A stretch of 64,000 nt of DNA from Phoronis australis (Eukaryota; Animalia; Phoronida), in assembly GCA_002633005.1 (NCBI GenBank), contig NMRA01000227.1, positions 587,435 to 651,434 of the forward strand, written 5' to 3'. Each line of letters opens with the position of its first letter. Position 1 is the stretch's first letter. Under the pieces are notes generated by a model. That model worked only from the letters and a program-made list of their open reading frames with translations. It had not been told where the DNA came from and did not search any database. The position numbers were made by a program, and so were the translations under genes. This document shows positions 1 through 11,836 of this stretch, in pieces.

Positions 1-673
1 TATTATTTAATCCTTTTAACGTTCTCAGGTGTGAGACACATTTTATCTTGTGCAAGAGTAGAAATTAAAAATAAGATATAAGGTTATTTCTATTGGCTAA
101 AATTTTTTAATTTCATGGGTGTGACGGACGCATGTGACGGACGTACAAATTTGCCGTACGTCTGTCGCACAATTTCTGACTTAACAAATGATTTGTGGGA
201 TCTAAAATTTTGGTCAATAGTATTGAGTAACACGTTAAAATAGAATCTGACATTATTTTAATTTTGGTTGAAAACTTTTTATTAAGTAAATTTTTAGCAC
301 TTTTTGTGACGGACGTATGGAACCATTATATCTAGTAGTTGACCTTTCCCAAGAGGTCAATAATGTACCAAAGTTGAAATGTTACTTTTTATAAAGTTTG
401 AGCTTCATGTGATTGCAAAAATTTGATAATTAATGAAATACACATAATTGGCTTATTTATGGCATTAACTAGCAACACACATGAAAATCGAGCTATTTTT
501 TAGGGTCAAGTGACCCTCAAAAATGGGTCTGTTCAGGCAAAAAACTGAAAGTTTTAAGACAATGAAATATGTGTTTTGAAACTAGAGTGACTGGGGTTTC
601 AGATGAGACCAGAAATGTTAGTGTAGTCTCAATTTTAATTTTGCCTCGAGGTTGACATTTCATGGAATTGCCC
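1..673. mobile_element. Right end of a probable PIF/Harbinger-type non-autonomous DNA transposon (left end outside window)
   Basis: Ends ...GACATTTCATGGAATTGCCC|TAA (GGGC-type terminus plus TAA target); internal repeated GTGACGGACG motifs. The partner TIR is not visible. Confidence 0.4.
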
Positions 674-1286
674 TAAGTCATAGTTTACTAATACAAGTTA
701 AATATATACAGATAACATGAGCACAAGAAAAACTCGCACATGCTCACGACACACCTGCCTTCACACCTACTCATCAATATTGAGTGATGTCTCGAAAAAG
801 GTTATGTTTAGACAGGTTCTCCAGGGTACCTGGTACTCATCTAAGCTTTGCTGAAATAAAATTCTCCATGTAATATCTAAGGAATTGAGTGAAATTTGGT
901 AATGCTTTTAAAACTAAGACATTTGAAATATTTTAGTTGTAACAAAATTCAATTGAAAATTTAAGTTTCTGTTTTGATAGGTTAACCAAAAGTCTATAAC
1001 CTAATAGACACCTCATTCTGTTAACACCCAGCTGCATAATTCTGCTATCAATCCTTTGTATTTTCACATTAAGAATATACATGTACGACTTGCCCTTCAC
1101 TTTATGACTGACATAAAGTACACAAATCAGAATCCATCAATTCTACCCTGACGGAAGACAGTGGTTACGTCTGATGCCAGTGCATATAGGCTGACATTAC
1201 CGGCTAAGCTCACACATTTTTAGCGTGCATGCAGTGGCAATAATTGAAAGATCATTGCCCTAATAACTTACTTGTTTATGTTTCAG

Positions 1287-1366
1287 AAAGACCGCAGTGC
1301 GATACTTCAGACGACAGCTATTATGTGTTGGACGATGACGACTCGTCCTTCGATTACTGGGACTAA
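1287..1366 (+). CDS. Probable terminal coding exon of a gene lying upstream of the window (..RPQCDTSDDSYYVLDDDDSSFDYWD*)
   Basis: Acceptor TTGTTTATGTTTCAG at 1286, open frame to TAA at 1364-1366, downstream AATAAA at 1945-1950. Confidence 0.5.
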
Positions 1367-1535
1367 ACCACTTCGCCAAAAACACCTTGGCGCTTTACTG
1401 CGTGAGGTTTGAAACATTACGAAGCTGCTGGCTTTGTAGCTAACTCTTTGTACTGCTCACTTTGAAAGACACGTATGCTCAAGGAAAGAACACCTAGTTG
1501 GTTATCGTTGTGTTAACGAGTTTATTGCAGAAAGC

Positions 1536-1690
1536 ATGCGCGCACCCGGCCTTCAAAATGGGAGGGTTCGAATTTCTGTCGATGTAGACCTTTTGCTGAC
1601 AAAAAATGGGGAGGACTAAAAAATAAAAAAAACGGGGTCCCACCCTCAGAACTGTGAACTGTGCATCTGCGTCTTTTTTTAGTGGACTTT
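1536..1690 (-). mobile_element. Fragment of MITE family C (TIR CATGCGCGCACCC)
   Basis: Aligns by eye to the reverse complement of 33830-33967 (..GGAGGACTAAAAAAA..CTGTGAACTGTGC.TCTGCGT..AGTGGAC). Confidence 0.7.
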
Positions 1691-2044
1691 TGTGTCGGAT
1701 TCAGTTAGTATATACTTTATGCATGGTTCTCTAAAAAATTTTAGGAATTGTTTTTAAATTAAAATGTTCCGCTTTTATGAGGCTCTTACAAGAAAGTCGT
1801 AACAAACGAGAACGAAGTGATAACTTTGAAAACTGAATAGCGTTTTTGAGATAATATTTTGAACTTATATTTTAAACAAAATTTGACAGTTTTATTTATA
1901 CTGTTGTCATCCTATGAATGTACCTTTCTTTTTTGTGAAATTGTAATAAAAAGACATGTTCACGTGACCCAATTAAATGGCAGTTTAATAATAAGTCAAA
2001 ATGATATTCTGCAGGCTCTCCACTTTCGGTAATCTATGCAGTTT

Positions 2045-3058
2045 CAGTGGAGGATCTAGGATATCACCAGGGGGGCCCCACATTTTGTCCGGCTGTAAGC
2101 ATTTGCGCAAACTGAACCGCTATTGTAGATGCGCATAGCACCGAATGGGGGAAGGTCGGGAGGGGGGTTTGCCCCGCTCCCGCCCAGGAAATTTTTCTGT
2201 TTTTACCTCTAAAAATCAAGCATTTTCCTTGATTCCTGAAGTATTATCCAAGAAAAAAAGGCAAAAAAAAGAAACACTTAGAACGTGTCAAACGGGAAAA
2301 ACTTCAAGAACCAAAGACTCGAACTCACGACGGATAGAGCGAGCGCGCGTTACTACTACACCAACACGATTTACCTATTAAGATTATACTAAGAGACCTA
2401 CTTGTTTATGGTCCACAGCGTTTGTGCGCGAAACCTACTTCTTTTTGTAATGCTTATTACACGTTTTATATTTTGTGCCATCAATTCATAACAAATTTGT
2501 CGTATTTAAAATAGTCTTCAAATGCCCAAAAGACCAAATCCGTTTTTCGTGTTGGCAATAATGACGGGATTGCTCTGGAAGTCGTTTTAAGATAAGGTTT
2601 GACAAAGAGAGTATTGCCAGTTTCCGAGTGATTCACTAAGGCTTCGATTAAAATTCACATCCTACCAGCAGCTTCTGTTTTTTCATCGTCAATCAGGTTC
2701 CATTTTCCTTAAAAAATGAAGTAAATTGTCTTCATTGCACAGTGGAGCAGACGACGGAAACGGAGTCGTAGTGCGCAGCGCCACTGCCGGTCGCCTGGGA
2801 TATCGCGGGAGAGCCTATACTTAGCCATAGTTCCGTTACGAATGCGCCGTGTTCCGAATTTGACACTTGAAATTGGATTTGAGCCCCCCCCCCAACACTA
2901 AAACTGCACACCTTTAAATCTTTTTCCATCCGTATGACTTTAATTACCGGCGTTAATTAATAAACTCAACATTTCCCTTCGCTCTTACTGTTTTATTTTT
3001 TTGCAGCAGCCAAGGGGGGAGGGGGCGGTCCCCCTGGGCCCCCCTAAATCCGCCCATG
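2045..3058 (+). mobile_element. ~1 kb non-autonomous DNA transposon, family A copy 1 (hAT-like termini, 5-bp TSD AGTTT)
   Basis: Termini CAGTGGAGGATCTAG...CTAAATCCGCCCATG are imperfect inverted repeats; AGTTT flanks both ends; highly similar to 14445-15423 and 16788-17710. Confidence 0.9.
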
Positions 3059-4290
3059 AGTTTAACTAGGTTAAATTCTATAGTTTGTAGGTATTTAACC
3101 GAAAACAGTCTTGTCGGTAAGGTACTACATAACCTGGAAGAGATGGTATGAAAACAACTACATAGAACTGGTTGTGAAAAACACCATTTCTTGGGCAGCA
3201 CATCTGTTTGCCTAAGGCTGGTAGAGTATTCGCCACTCATGTGTACCTTTACAAACTTTCACACCTTTAGAAGTTCTATCAAAAATAGTAACTTGTTTCC
3301 CAGGACTCACACGCTGACGTCACTGTATGGTGAACCAATCCATTTGGTGAAGACGGTCAAGAATAACAAGTGAACGTTCCTTCAGTTGTATGCAACTGCC
3401 ACAATACAACTGCAGCACATCAGGAGGTGTGTGAATTCGCAAAAGAAGTTACATGAACAAACAGAATTTTGCTGAGATGCGAAGTTTGTGTTAGGGACTG
3501 TTCTGAACTTGTTTTGAGTTTTTAATAGATTTTCATCTTATAGAGAATATTTGCTGTCTGTAGTGAGACTTGCCCTCCTATAACTCGTATAGCTGTGTTC
3601 AGCGGCAATTTACTGACCTGGGGAGAGTTCAATAGCTGTCTCACGGCGAGAAAAATTTAGCCAAATTCTCTTGCTCCCTGTTGAAAATACACTGCAATTT
3701 CTGGGGTAATCTCACATGGTCAGACTTTTCTAGCGAGGTCCTCGCGTTACTTATCTCATCATAACTACAACTTAAACTGGTCCATTGCAGTGGTGGTAAA
3801 AAGGGCAAACTTGACTTGAATGAAAGGAGATTAGGTTAGCTACACATTTGTAAATAAGTCTTGAGTCTCATACCTGAGAAAAATGGGATGCAAAACTGTT
3901 AAGAGGAGAGGTTTCCAAACTTGAGGAAAGGATTGCAAAATTTGTGAAACTTATTATTAAACAAGAAGTTTTGATGATGAATGAAGAACTGATCAACTTA
4001 AAAGTTAAATGATGTCTTGAAAGAAAATGTGAATAACTTTGAGCAGTATTCAAAAAGGAGTAGCACACCCATTTATGGTTTGAATGAAAAGTAGCCAGTC
4101 CAACAATGTCCGAATCTATATACAGCTGACAAACAGAACTTGTCTACTAATGTGACCAAATGTTTGTAAAATATTTGATTCTGTGACTCCAAGTGGCTGC
4201 CACATGACAAGGAGCAAAACGACCTATACTTGAATCAAGGTGTGCACGATAGTGAATACTTTCAGTTGTATTTATTTTGTGTTGATTGAA

Positions 4291-4368
4291 GTGTGTTTCG
4301 GTGTGTGTGCGCGTCTGTGTGCGTGTGTATGAGTGTGTGCGCGCGCGCGTGTGGGTGCGCGTGTGCAT
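4291..4368. repeat. Mixed (GT)n/(GC)n alternating purine-pyrimidine microsatellite
   Basis: GTGTGT..GCGCGCGCGCGTGTG.. seen directly. Confidence 0.8.
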
Positions 4369-5674
4369 ATACAAGACATTATATCTTAAGCATATATTTT
4401 CTTTGATGTAATTCATTTTGAGAAATAAATAATCTAAATATACAACTCCCAGTCCTGCTTGCAAATTGTCCACTGTTAGCAAGTCTAGTGAATGGTAACG
4501 ATTAAGATGACACAGATCATTGTAACTATACCATAAATATCCCATATATTAATGGTTTACATTTTTACAAACCATTTTACTAAAGCGGTGTTGTAACGCC
4601 GCCGTCACGCTGACAATAAATGACACTCATTTCCCATTTTGCCCACGACTAAATCAGCTGACTGACTGGTAGATTTGCCGAATGTTATCAGACAGAAACA
4701 AAAAAAAAATAATTTTCCAAAATAAATTTTAATGAACATGCGCGATATGAGAATGAAACAACTTCGTTTTTCAACAGCGAAGATAAAAAAGAACACAAGA
4801 CTTGATCGTACCGTGGCCCAAAGATGACATGGCATGTTTCTTTTTTAATTACCTCAGGATCTCGAGACCCTGAGAAAATTAAAAAAAGAAACGCTCAATG
4901 TCACCTTTGAGCCACCGTATGATTGACAGTGGTCCGAGGAATGTATTTTGACTGATAGGCTATAGAAAAACACAGTGTTACAGTCAAGCGCTACAAGCCA
5001 CATATGGTTGTCTTCTTGTGACGTGGTAGGATATGACGTGGTCAATTTCTGCGCGTACTTTCAAATTTCATAATTATAGTTTAATCCGAGTTATATAAAA
5101 ATTTCAACATTTTTAGATCAAAGAAAATTCGAGGAGCATGGACTACTAGTTCAGACTGGTTAAGACACTTTGATTAGCAATAATTTCCAAGATTTTTTAT
5201 TTTGTGCGTCTGTACGATTTCGTATTAAAGGGGCATATTACCTTTTGAATAGGCTTCTTGTCAATTAAGCATATTTTATTTATTGTAAAAGCCATTTTGG
5301 ACTTAAAATATTAACAATTCCTCGAACCGGAAGTGTGAGTAAACTGAGCAGCCTGCGCTCTGTCCCTTTTCTGTTCTGATAAATGAGCTTGGCAGCCGAG
5401 TCGACCACCGATTTCCAGGGCTAGTACGGACAACATGTTATTTCGCCATGTGACTTGAGCAATGATGCCGAAATAGGTAATGTGCAACAGCGATTCAGCC
5501 GCCCAAGCCGCTCGACTCTTAACAGTGCCACACACCAAGTTTGGAGAACTGTTAACTAAATTTTGACAAAAATCCACCAAAAAGGTAAAAAATAGGACAA
5601 ATTCGCCGAGTTTCCAAAACCAATTTAAAAAAGGTAACACTCACTTTACTTAGTAAATACTATACAAGTTGTTT

Positions 5675-6020
5675 TTCTCTCACATAAAGTAACATCCGCT
5701 TTATATGGTGAATTAGCTGTCATTTAATCTTTCATAAAAACACCCCTTTACATGTTAAATGTCACACGATTGCCTGTCGCGTATCTTCTCTCATTACCAA
5801 CAACTCCTTTGCATGATAAACGTACGATTTCGCATGTCCTCTCTCATAAAGCATCAACCCCTCTACATGGTAACGAATGCCTGTCGTGTAGTCTGTCACA
5901 TAAAAACACCCTCTTTATATGGTAAACTTGTTATACGATTGACCGTCGTGTATGCCCTCATAACATCCCCTTTGCCTGTTAAAGTTACGATTGTCACTCC
6001 TTTTACATAGTAACGATTGA
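5675..6020. repeat. Degenerate tandem repeat, ~50-60 bp unit, about 6-7 copies
   Basis: Recurring CTCATAAAAACACCCCTTTACATGGTAA..ACGATT..CTGTCG core. Confidence 0.65.
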
Positions 6021-6095
6021 ATGCGCGCACCCAGGGGGAGCTCGGGGGGGTTCGAACGAGCCCCCCCCCCCAACTGGCAAAGTGGGCCGCAAGAG
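6021..6095 (+). mobile_element. Left-end fragment of MITE family C
   Basis: ATGCGCGCACCC.GGGGG.GCTCGG..GTTCGA..TGGC.AAGTGGG matches the start of 33707-33967. Confidence 0.6.
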
Positions 6096-7452
6096 GTTCG
6101 AGTCGTCAACTTTACCACTGCAGCTCTCAGCGACTGACGTCATCGAATGTGAAAATAGAATACTAAATGTGCACGCGCAACAATCGCATGTTCAGCACAG
6201 GGCATTCTACCGACATTTATACGCTATAATAAATAAGACGCGTAATTTCCACAAAAACGATATTTTAATTCAGTGAAAATTTTCTCTCATGTTCTCACAT
6301 GTAAATCACCGATCTCCAATTTGAATGCGGGTATCGCGTCGTCGGGATCCTTTGACTTGAGCATTATACTCAGTTACCAGTGGTAACCTACTTTAGCAGA
6401 CGATATTTTTCCGGTCGAAGCTTAGCGTGATAAATGTGTAGTAACTATAATAGTTGCTAAACCGTAATTTATAGATTCACTTTATTTCCATTTTATTTAA
6501 ATTTTCAACTGGTTTTGAGTAAAAGCATTATTTGACAAAAATAGCTCGGCTTTTCTTAAAAGGTCACAACCTCCGACCCCGGGCCTCTGACATAGAAAGT
6601 AGTTACAAAGCCGAGGCGAGTGGAGAAAGTTAGATCGATTCATTGCAATGTTTCTCGCTCAGTATGTGGTATAAATACATTATTACATGTTCTCAGTCGA
6701 TATCCCCCTTATCTAGAGCCCTCGTAGATTTTGGAGAATTATCTCCAAAATCCACTCGTGCTGTAGAGTACGGGGGATAATGACTTCGCCATGTAATAAT
6801 CTATTATATAAAACGCATCGTTTGCACAAACTCCGTCTCCCCCGCTCCATTACAGACCTTCGTTGCGCGCGTTTCGGCACCACCTTGGTCACAGGTATTG
6901 CACCGGCACCCTATTTGGATTCGAGGTGTTCTATTTTTTACTCATGGGCCGTTTTTTGCGGACGCGGAGGGGGGTGGCCAGTTTCGTATTGGCCTTGGTG
7001 ACGTCAGTCGGTCGGCTCAAAAGGTCTGGGTGACGTCACTCCGTCGGCTTAATTTCACTCCCTCCGGCTTTTGTCTCGTATATAATTCATCGGCACTCAC
7101 AGTTTTCAAAACGACGGCAGATAGGATTTTCCTTTGTTACAAAAGGGGAAGAATTGTGAAAACTAACGTTTATTAGATTTTGTTTACTTCTGTAAACGGC
7201 TATAACGGGCACTGTGAATGTCGATTCATTTCCAGATTCTGCATGCACCCCTGCACTAAGGCAGGTTGTTAGCTCTAAGTTTCACGATGAGGTGACGAGC
7301 TGAGCCTCCGGGTTGTGTGAAATAATGGTGTCTAACGGAGCTCAACTCACAGCTACCTAGCTTTTGATGTTGACGAAAGTCTTCATATAGCTAGCTGGAT
7401 TTCTACCGCAATATGTACATTTATGATGCAACTTTTGTAAATACATCCTGGC

Positions 7453-7611
7453 CAGAGGCGGATCCAGGATTTTGAGTTGGGGGGCATGGCAAATAGAGTA
7501 TTAGCAGGAAGAGATAACCGAGACATTTGCACCCCCAAACTGCTAAATGGAAGCTGGGAGAATTTTATGGGGGGCCATGGCTCCCTTGGCCCCCCTCTAA
7601 ATCCGCTACTG
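7453..7611 (+). mobile_element. Short MITE family B (CAGAGGCGGATCCAGG...TAAATCCGCTACTG)
   Basis: Terminal inverted repeats; second copy at 32424-32583; no clean TSD seen. Confidence 0.75.
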
Positions 7612-8300
7612 ACATCTATATACTTTGTGTACTATACAATATTTTAAATGCATTCTTAGTTTTCACTTTAAACTGAAGAACATCTGATTACCGTACTTCA
7701 GTTTGTGTTACGGCAGCTGAAGAATTCCACAGCGGCACACCTTAATTGCCTACTAGGTGAGAGAAATTCTGCTTGAAGCTTTGAACACGGTCTCTTCAAG
7801 AAGTAGTCCTATCTTTTGCGATGAACACTCGATCGATTCACTCTTGGGAGGTGAAGCTATTTCCCCTCGACGTTTCCCACTAGCTGCTACCCGTGCGAAA
7901 GCACGAGTAACGGCTAGTCTATATATATATTTGTTAAAATACCGACGAACTGACGAAGTTTGCACTTGGTCTTGGGTTATGCCATGCGTGAATATTGCAG
8001 CTTTATTTTGATAAGAAATTTTAGCTTTTGTTCAAGTCAGAATCACAAGTTCATATTGTTGGTTTATTATCACTCGACTTCAGCTTACATTGGAATGGCC
8101 TGGAAGTTTTAGTTTTCCGTCACACCTTCATGAAAGTCTGTTTAGACATTGGAAATTCTCGCTGTTTCTTAAAGCATTTGATAATTCCCCACGTGATTCG
8201 TGAGAATCAGTGTCTGTTGCGACGAGATAAGATTACTACCTGTTCGTTCTACAATACTTGAGGGGATCTTTGATTAAACTACAGCAAGTTGACCGACATC

Positions 8301-8746
8301 ATGACTGCAGTGCAATACTCTACAGCAATCTTTTTCATCTTTTCCACGTTTTCCCGCGTCACTGTTAACACTGGTTATCCTGTTAGTGGGTCTTGGTTCA
8401 AACCTCGATATAGTTTGAGCGAATGGGACAGCGTCTTAACTAAATTCCAGAAAACTGGAGGCGACACCGTGCTCACGCGTGGACAGACCTTTTATAACAG
8501 GACGAAGGCAGATATCATTAGCGACCCAGACTTCAAGTGGTGCAGAACCACTGCACCTGGTCGGCACTGTGTTGAGGAGACTGAAGATGATCTTTCCAAG
8601 CACGGATTGTCTGTAGAGTTCTGGGTGACGTACAAGAGCGAGGAAGATCATGGTGCAAAGGTCATGACCTGCGCGCCGTATGAAAAAATGTACAATGGTT
8701 CGAGGATCTATCGCCGCCTGGTGTTCCAAGCGAAAAATATGTATAC
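8301..8746 (+). CDS. DUF4434-like gene exon 1 (signal peptide + start of barrel)
   Basis: ATG 8301; donor AC|GTAAGT at 8747. Confidence 0.8.
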
Positions 8747-11700
8747 GTAAGTACAGTTAACCAGCAGGTTTTTTAAATCTAATTAGCGTATAACAAAATG
8801 AACAGAATGAGCTGACGTGATGTACAAGTTATATGGAGTGCAGTTTAGGCCATAAGAATGTTACCTTGGTAGATCCTGTTTTACATCGCGGCGAATGCCG
8901 AATGTTCGGTTTAATTTACTAGTTAAAAACGAATCATGGAAAACGGAAAATTAAGAGTTTTCGTTTTCTATGAACATAATGTAGTCGCAATGGAGTTCAT
9001 AGTTGTTTTGGCTAGATAAACAGCTTCAGTCTTAATATATCATACCTTGAATTTGTCGTTCAAACAAATTTATAGGAACACCAGACCTGTTTTTCTGATA
9101 CAAAATAAAAATGCTCTGTAACCTCCACAAAACTCAGAAGTTAGGAGAAAAATTTGAAAACTCCTTTCACAGTCTGCTAAACAGGCAAACGTGTCCTACG
9201 CTTTTAGCGAATAACACGGCAACTGTGGGAAAAGTCCACCCACCAAGGATCATAGTGTCCAATCTGTGGCACAGGGAGTATGAGTTCTTGGTTGATTCCT
9301 GTCTTTTACTTGGAAGATTGACGCCAATGATGTATTAGAAGGTGACAGAACGAGGATTGGTGGAAACCATCTGAACAGGGTTTAGTATCCTTTTAAACCG
9401 GCTAAATATCCGGTCGTTCCGGACAGTTCTCCTTTTTCAGTACCGTCGGAGATCAACATTCTTATTGATCTAGGTCCGTAATGTAGCATCTGCTTCACGG
9501 CGAGTGAACACGGCTGAGAGGTAATGGGTTCATCCCCTGTCCTAACGCGAGATCAGCTCAGTTCTCCGTGCAACATTCAACCACCACTACCGGGTTACAA
9601 CCTAGAAAAAAGTCTTTGACAAAACTGCCTTCCTCATAAATTGACAGTTGTGAAATGGAATGTTCTTGACCTCCAAACACCGAAGTTCTTGAAGGAGAGG
9701 GATGCTAATATAAAAATTATGTTGGTTGTTTTAATGTTAAAACACCATTTCGTGATCTGTACCGTTACTCAATCACTTTCAGTTGAGTGTGCAACTTAAT
9801 TACACATGTCGCAGTATATATGTATTATATATATACTAATATGCTTTTTGGGTCGTTTTGCAACCCGAAATAAACATTGTACTCAGGTGAAATCTGAACT
9901 GGCTCCATATACATCGCTGTTACGAATCATTGAATGTGGGGGATGTTATATTTGTTGTATACCTAATAGTAAGCAGGATACAATGTGCGTGACTACGACC
10001 GTGTTAAGTAAATCATATGCATACTTTCCCAGTGGTATTGCTGCAAAATGATGGATGGTGATTCCATTGAAATTATACGTAATGCTTATATTCGTCTTAC
10101 ACACTATCACATCAGTAAAACGCGTCACATTTCACTTCACTTTTTAGATTTTGGCTACCCCTGCACGTAGACGAGTTGCCTGCTACCGGCATTTGATTCC
10201 CCAGCACCTCGGTTAGCATTTGTCTAGGAAATTCATCCTTTCCCTTGCATCGGGTGGTACGATATGTGTTGACGAACGGAACTTGTAAATCCCAGCTACT
10301 GCATTACTTACCCGGCATCTTTCGTTTCTTCTTTACTTGCTTAATTACCCCCTTTCTTTATTACGTAATATCCTTACCTTTTTGTTGACGTATATACCTA
10401 AACACTTACCCTTACTTATAGCGGAGATGATTGTGACTTCTCGACCAGCAAGGCTGCAATAGTGATCTTCACATTATACTCTGGAATGGATTCTAACCAA
10501 CTACTTGTTGAAAGTGCATCTAAGAAGAACATGTCAGTCTTCCTAGGCCTTCCGCGTCTACCAGATCTGGATGAGACAGATTCGCACGCCGGTGATTTGT
10601 TCTATGTATACTTTGGACTCATAAACCGACTTCTCCAGGACTATGAGAAACGATTCGCGAACCCAAATGGGAAGTCACTTACTGGATATTACTCGGCAGA
10701 TGGCGCAGATATGGGTGGTCTTGTCAGTATTGATGGTCAATCGCCTAAAGGATACCTTGTTCAAGTTTATAGGGAGCTCAGTTTCCTTGTTGGATACCAA
10801 AAGAAAAAATTTGCTATTTCACTTTATGCAAACCTCAACAAATTTAAGGGAAACTACACCATCACGAACCATGTAAATAGCTTCCAATCGTACATTTTCC
10901 TTCCGGGTGCAATTTTCATCGTCCACGAAGGAAGAGGAATGGGCAACATGGCTTACTATTGGAAAAACGAAAATAATACGTCCATTGCTAGCAGAGATCC
11001 CATGCTGTTTAATATTCTGCAGTCGGAACGTTTAGATATTCCACAAAATGCCACTTTTGATGAAGTGTTCAATGGAAGTGTTCAAGAGGTGAGTACGAAA
11101 AACCTTAAAGGGGAATGCCACCCGATTTAATTAGTTGTCGTTACCGTTTTATCGGTCTATCTACATCACCTGGCTATACAGTCGAAAGGTGTCGCGTTAA
11201 CCTGTGAAGAAGGTGAGTACACGACAAAACGACGTCAGTGGTTCTTCAGCTGAGTGTGTGCCACTATAGTGTGGCGTATCGTTCCCGCTTGAGCGAACCA
11301 GGAAACTGCAAGGAAAGCGGGTATATCATTTTTTTCGATTTCCTCGAGAACCCCCAATGCTTCAGTTCAGAAGTGGTTCCCGACAGTAAAGAAACAACAA
11401 AAAGTACCAAGTATGAGGCCGTGAAATATCTCCATGTCTGTGGCCTATATTGCTCTGTTTCAAAATGAATTATTTTCATCCTTACCAGTGTTTACAAAAA
11501 ACTGAAACAAAGTGTCAAAATCTGTCTCAGTAGATACAATTTTTTATGCCTTAGGAGTGTTCGTGAGTGCAAATGGTTTGAAAAATCAACAATGAATAAA
11601 TCATACTGAGTTACCGGCTTCAGATACAATAAAACTAATTGACCGGCCGGCCACCCGTGTGAGCGCATGCTAATCCAGTGTTTGTTGACAGAAAGTTGTT

Positions 11701-11757
11701 ATGAAACGATAACTCGATTTTATATGCTGTGGTCAGATATTATGGGAATCTTTATTT

Positions 11758-11836
<79 letters not shown>

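Noticed and set aside
2732-2929. Recurrent 65-103 aa ORFs (also 15062-15283, 14803-15027, 16940-17251, 17377-17580) as a gene family
   Set aside because: They are translations of the three family A transposon copies, with frame differences between copies.
6999-7038. Two CRE palindromes (TGACGTCA) as a promoter for the hydrolase-like gene
   Set aside because: The same octamer occurs at several repeat-like sites (about 3316, 6134, 12481, 32676), so no specific regulatory role can be supported.
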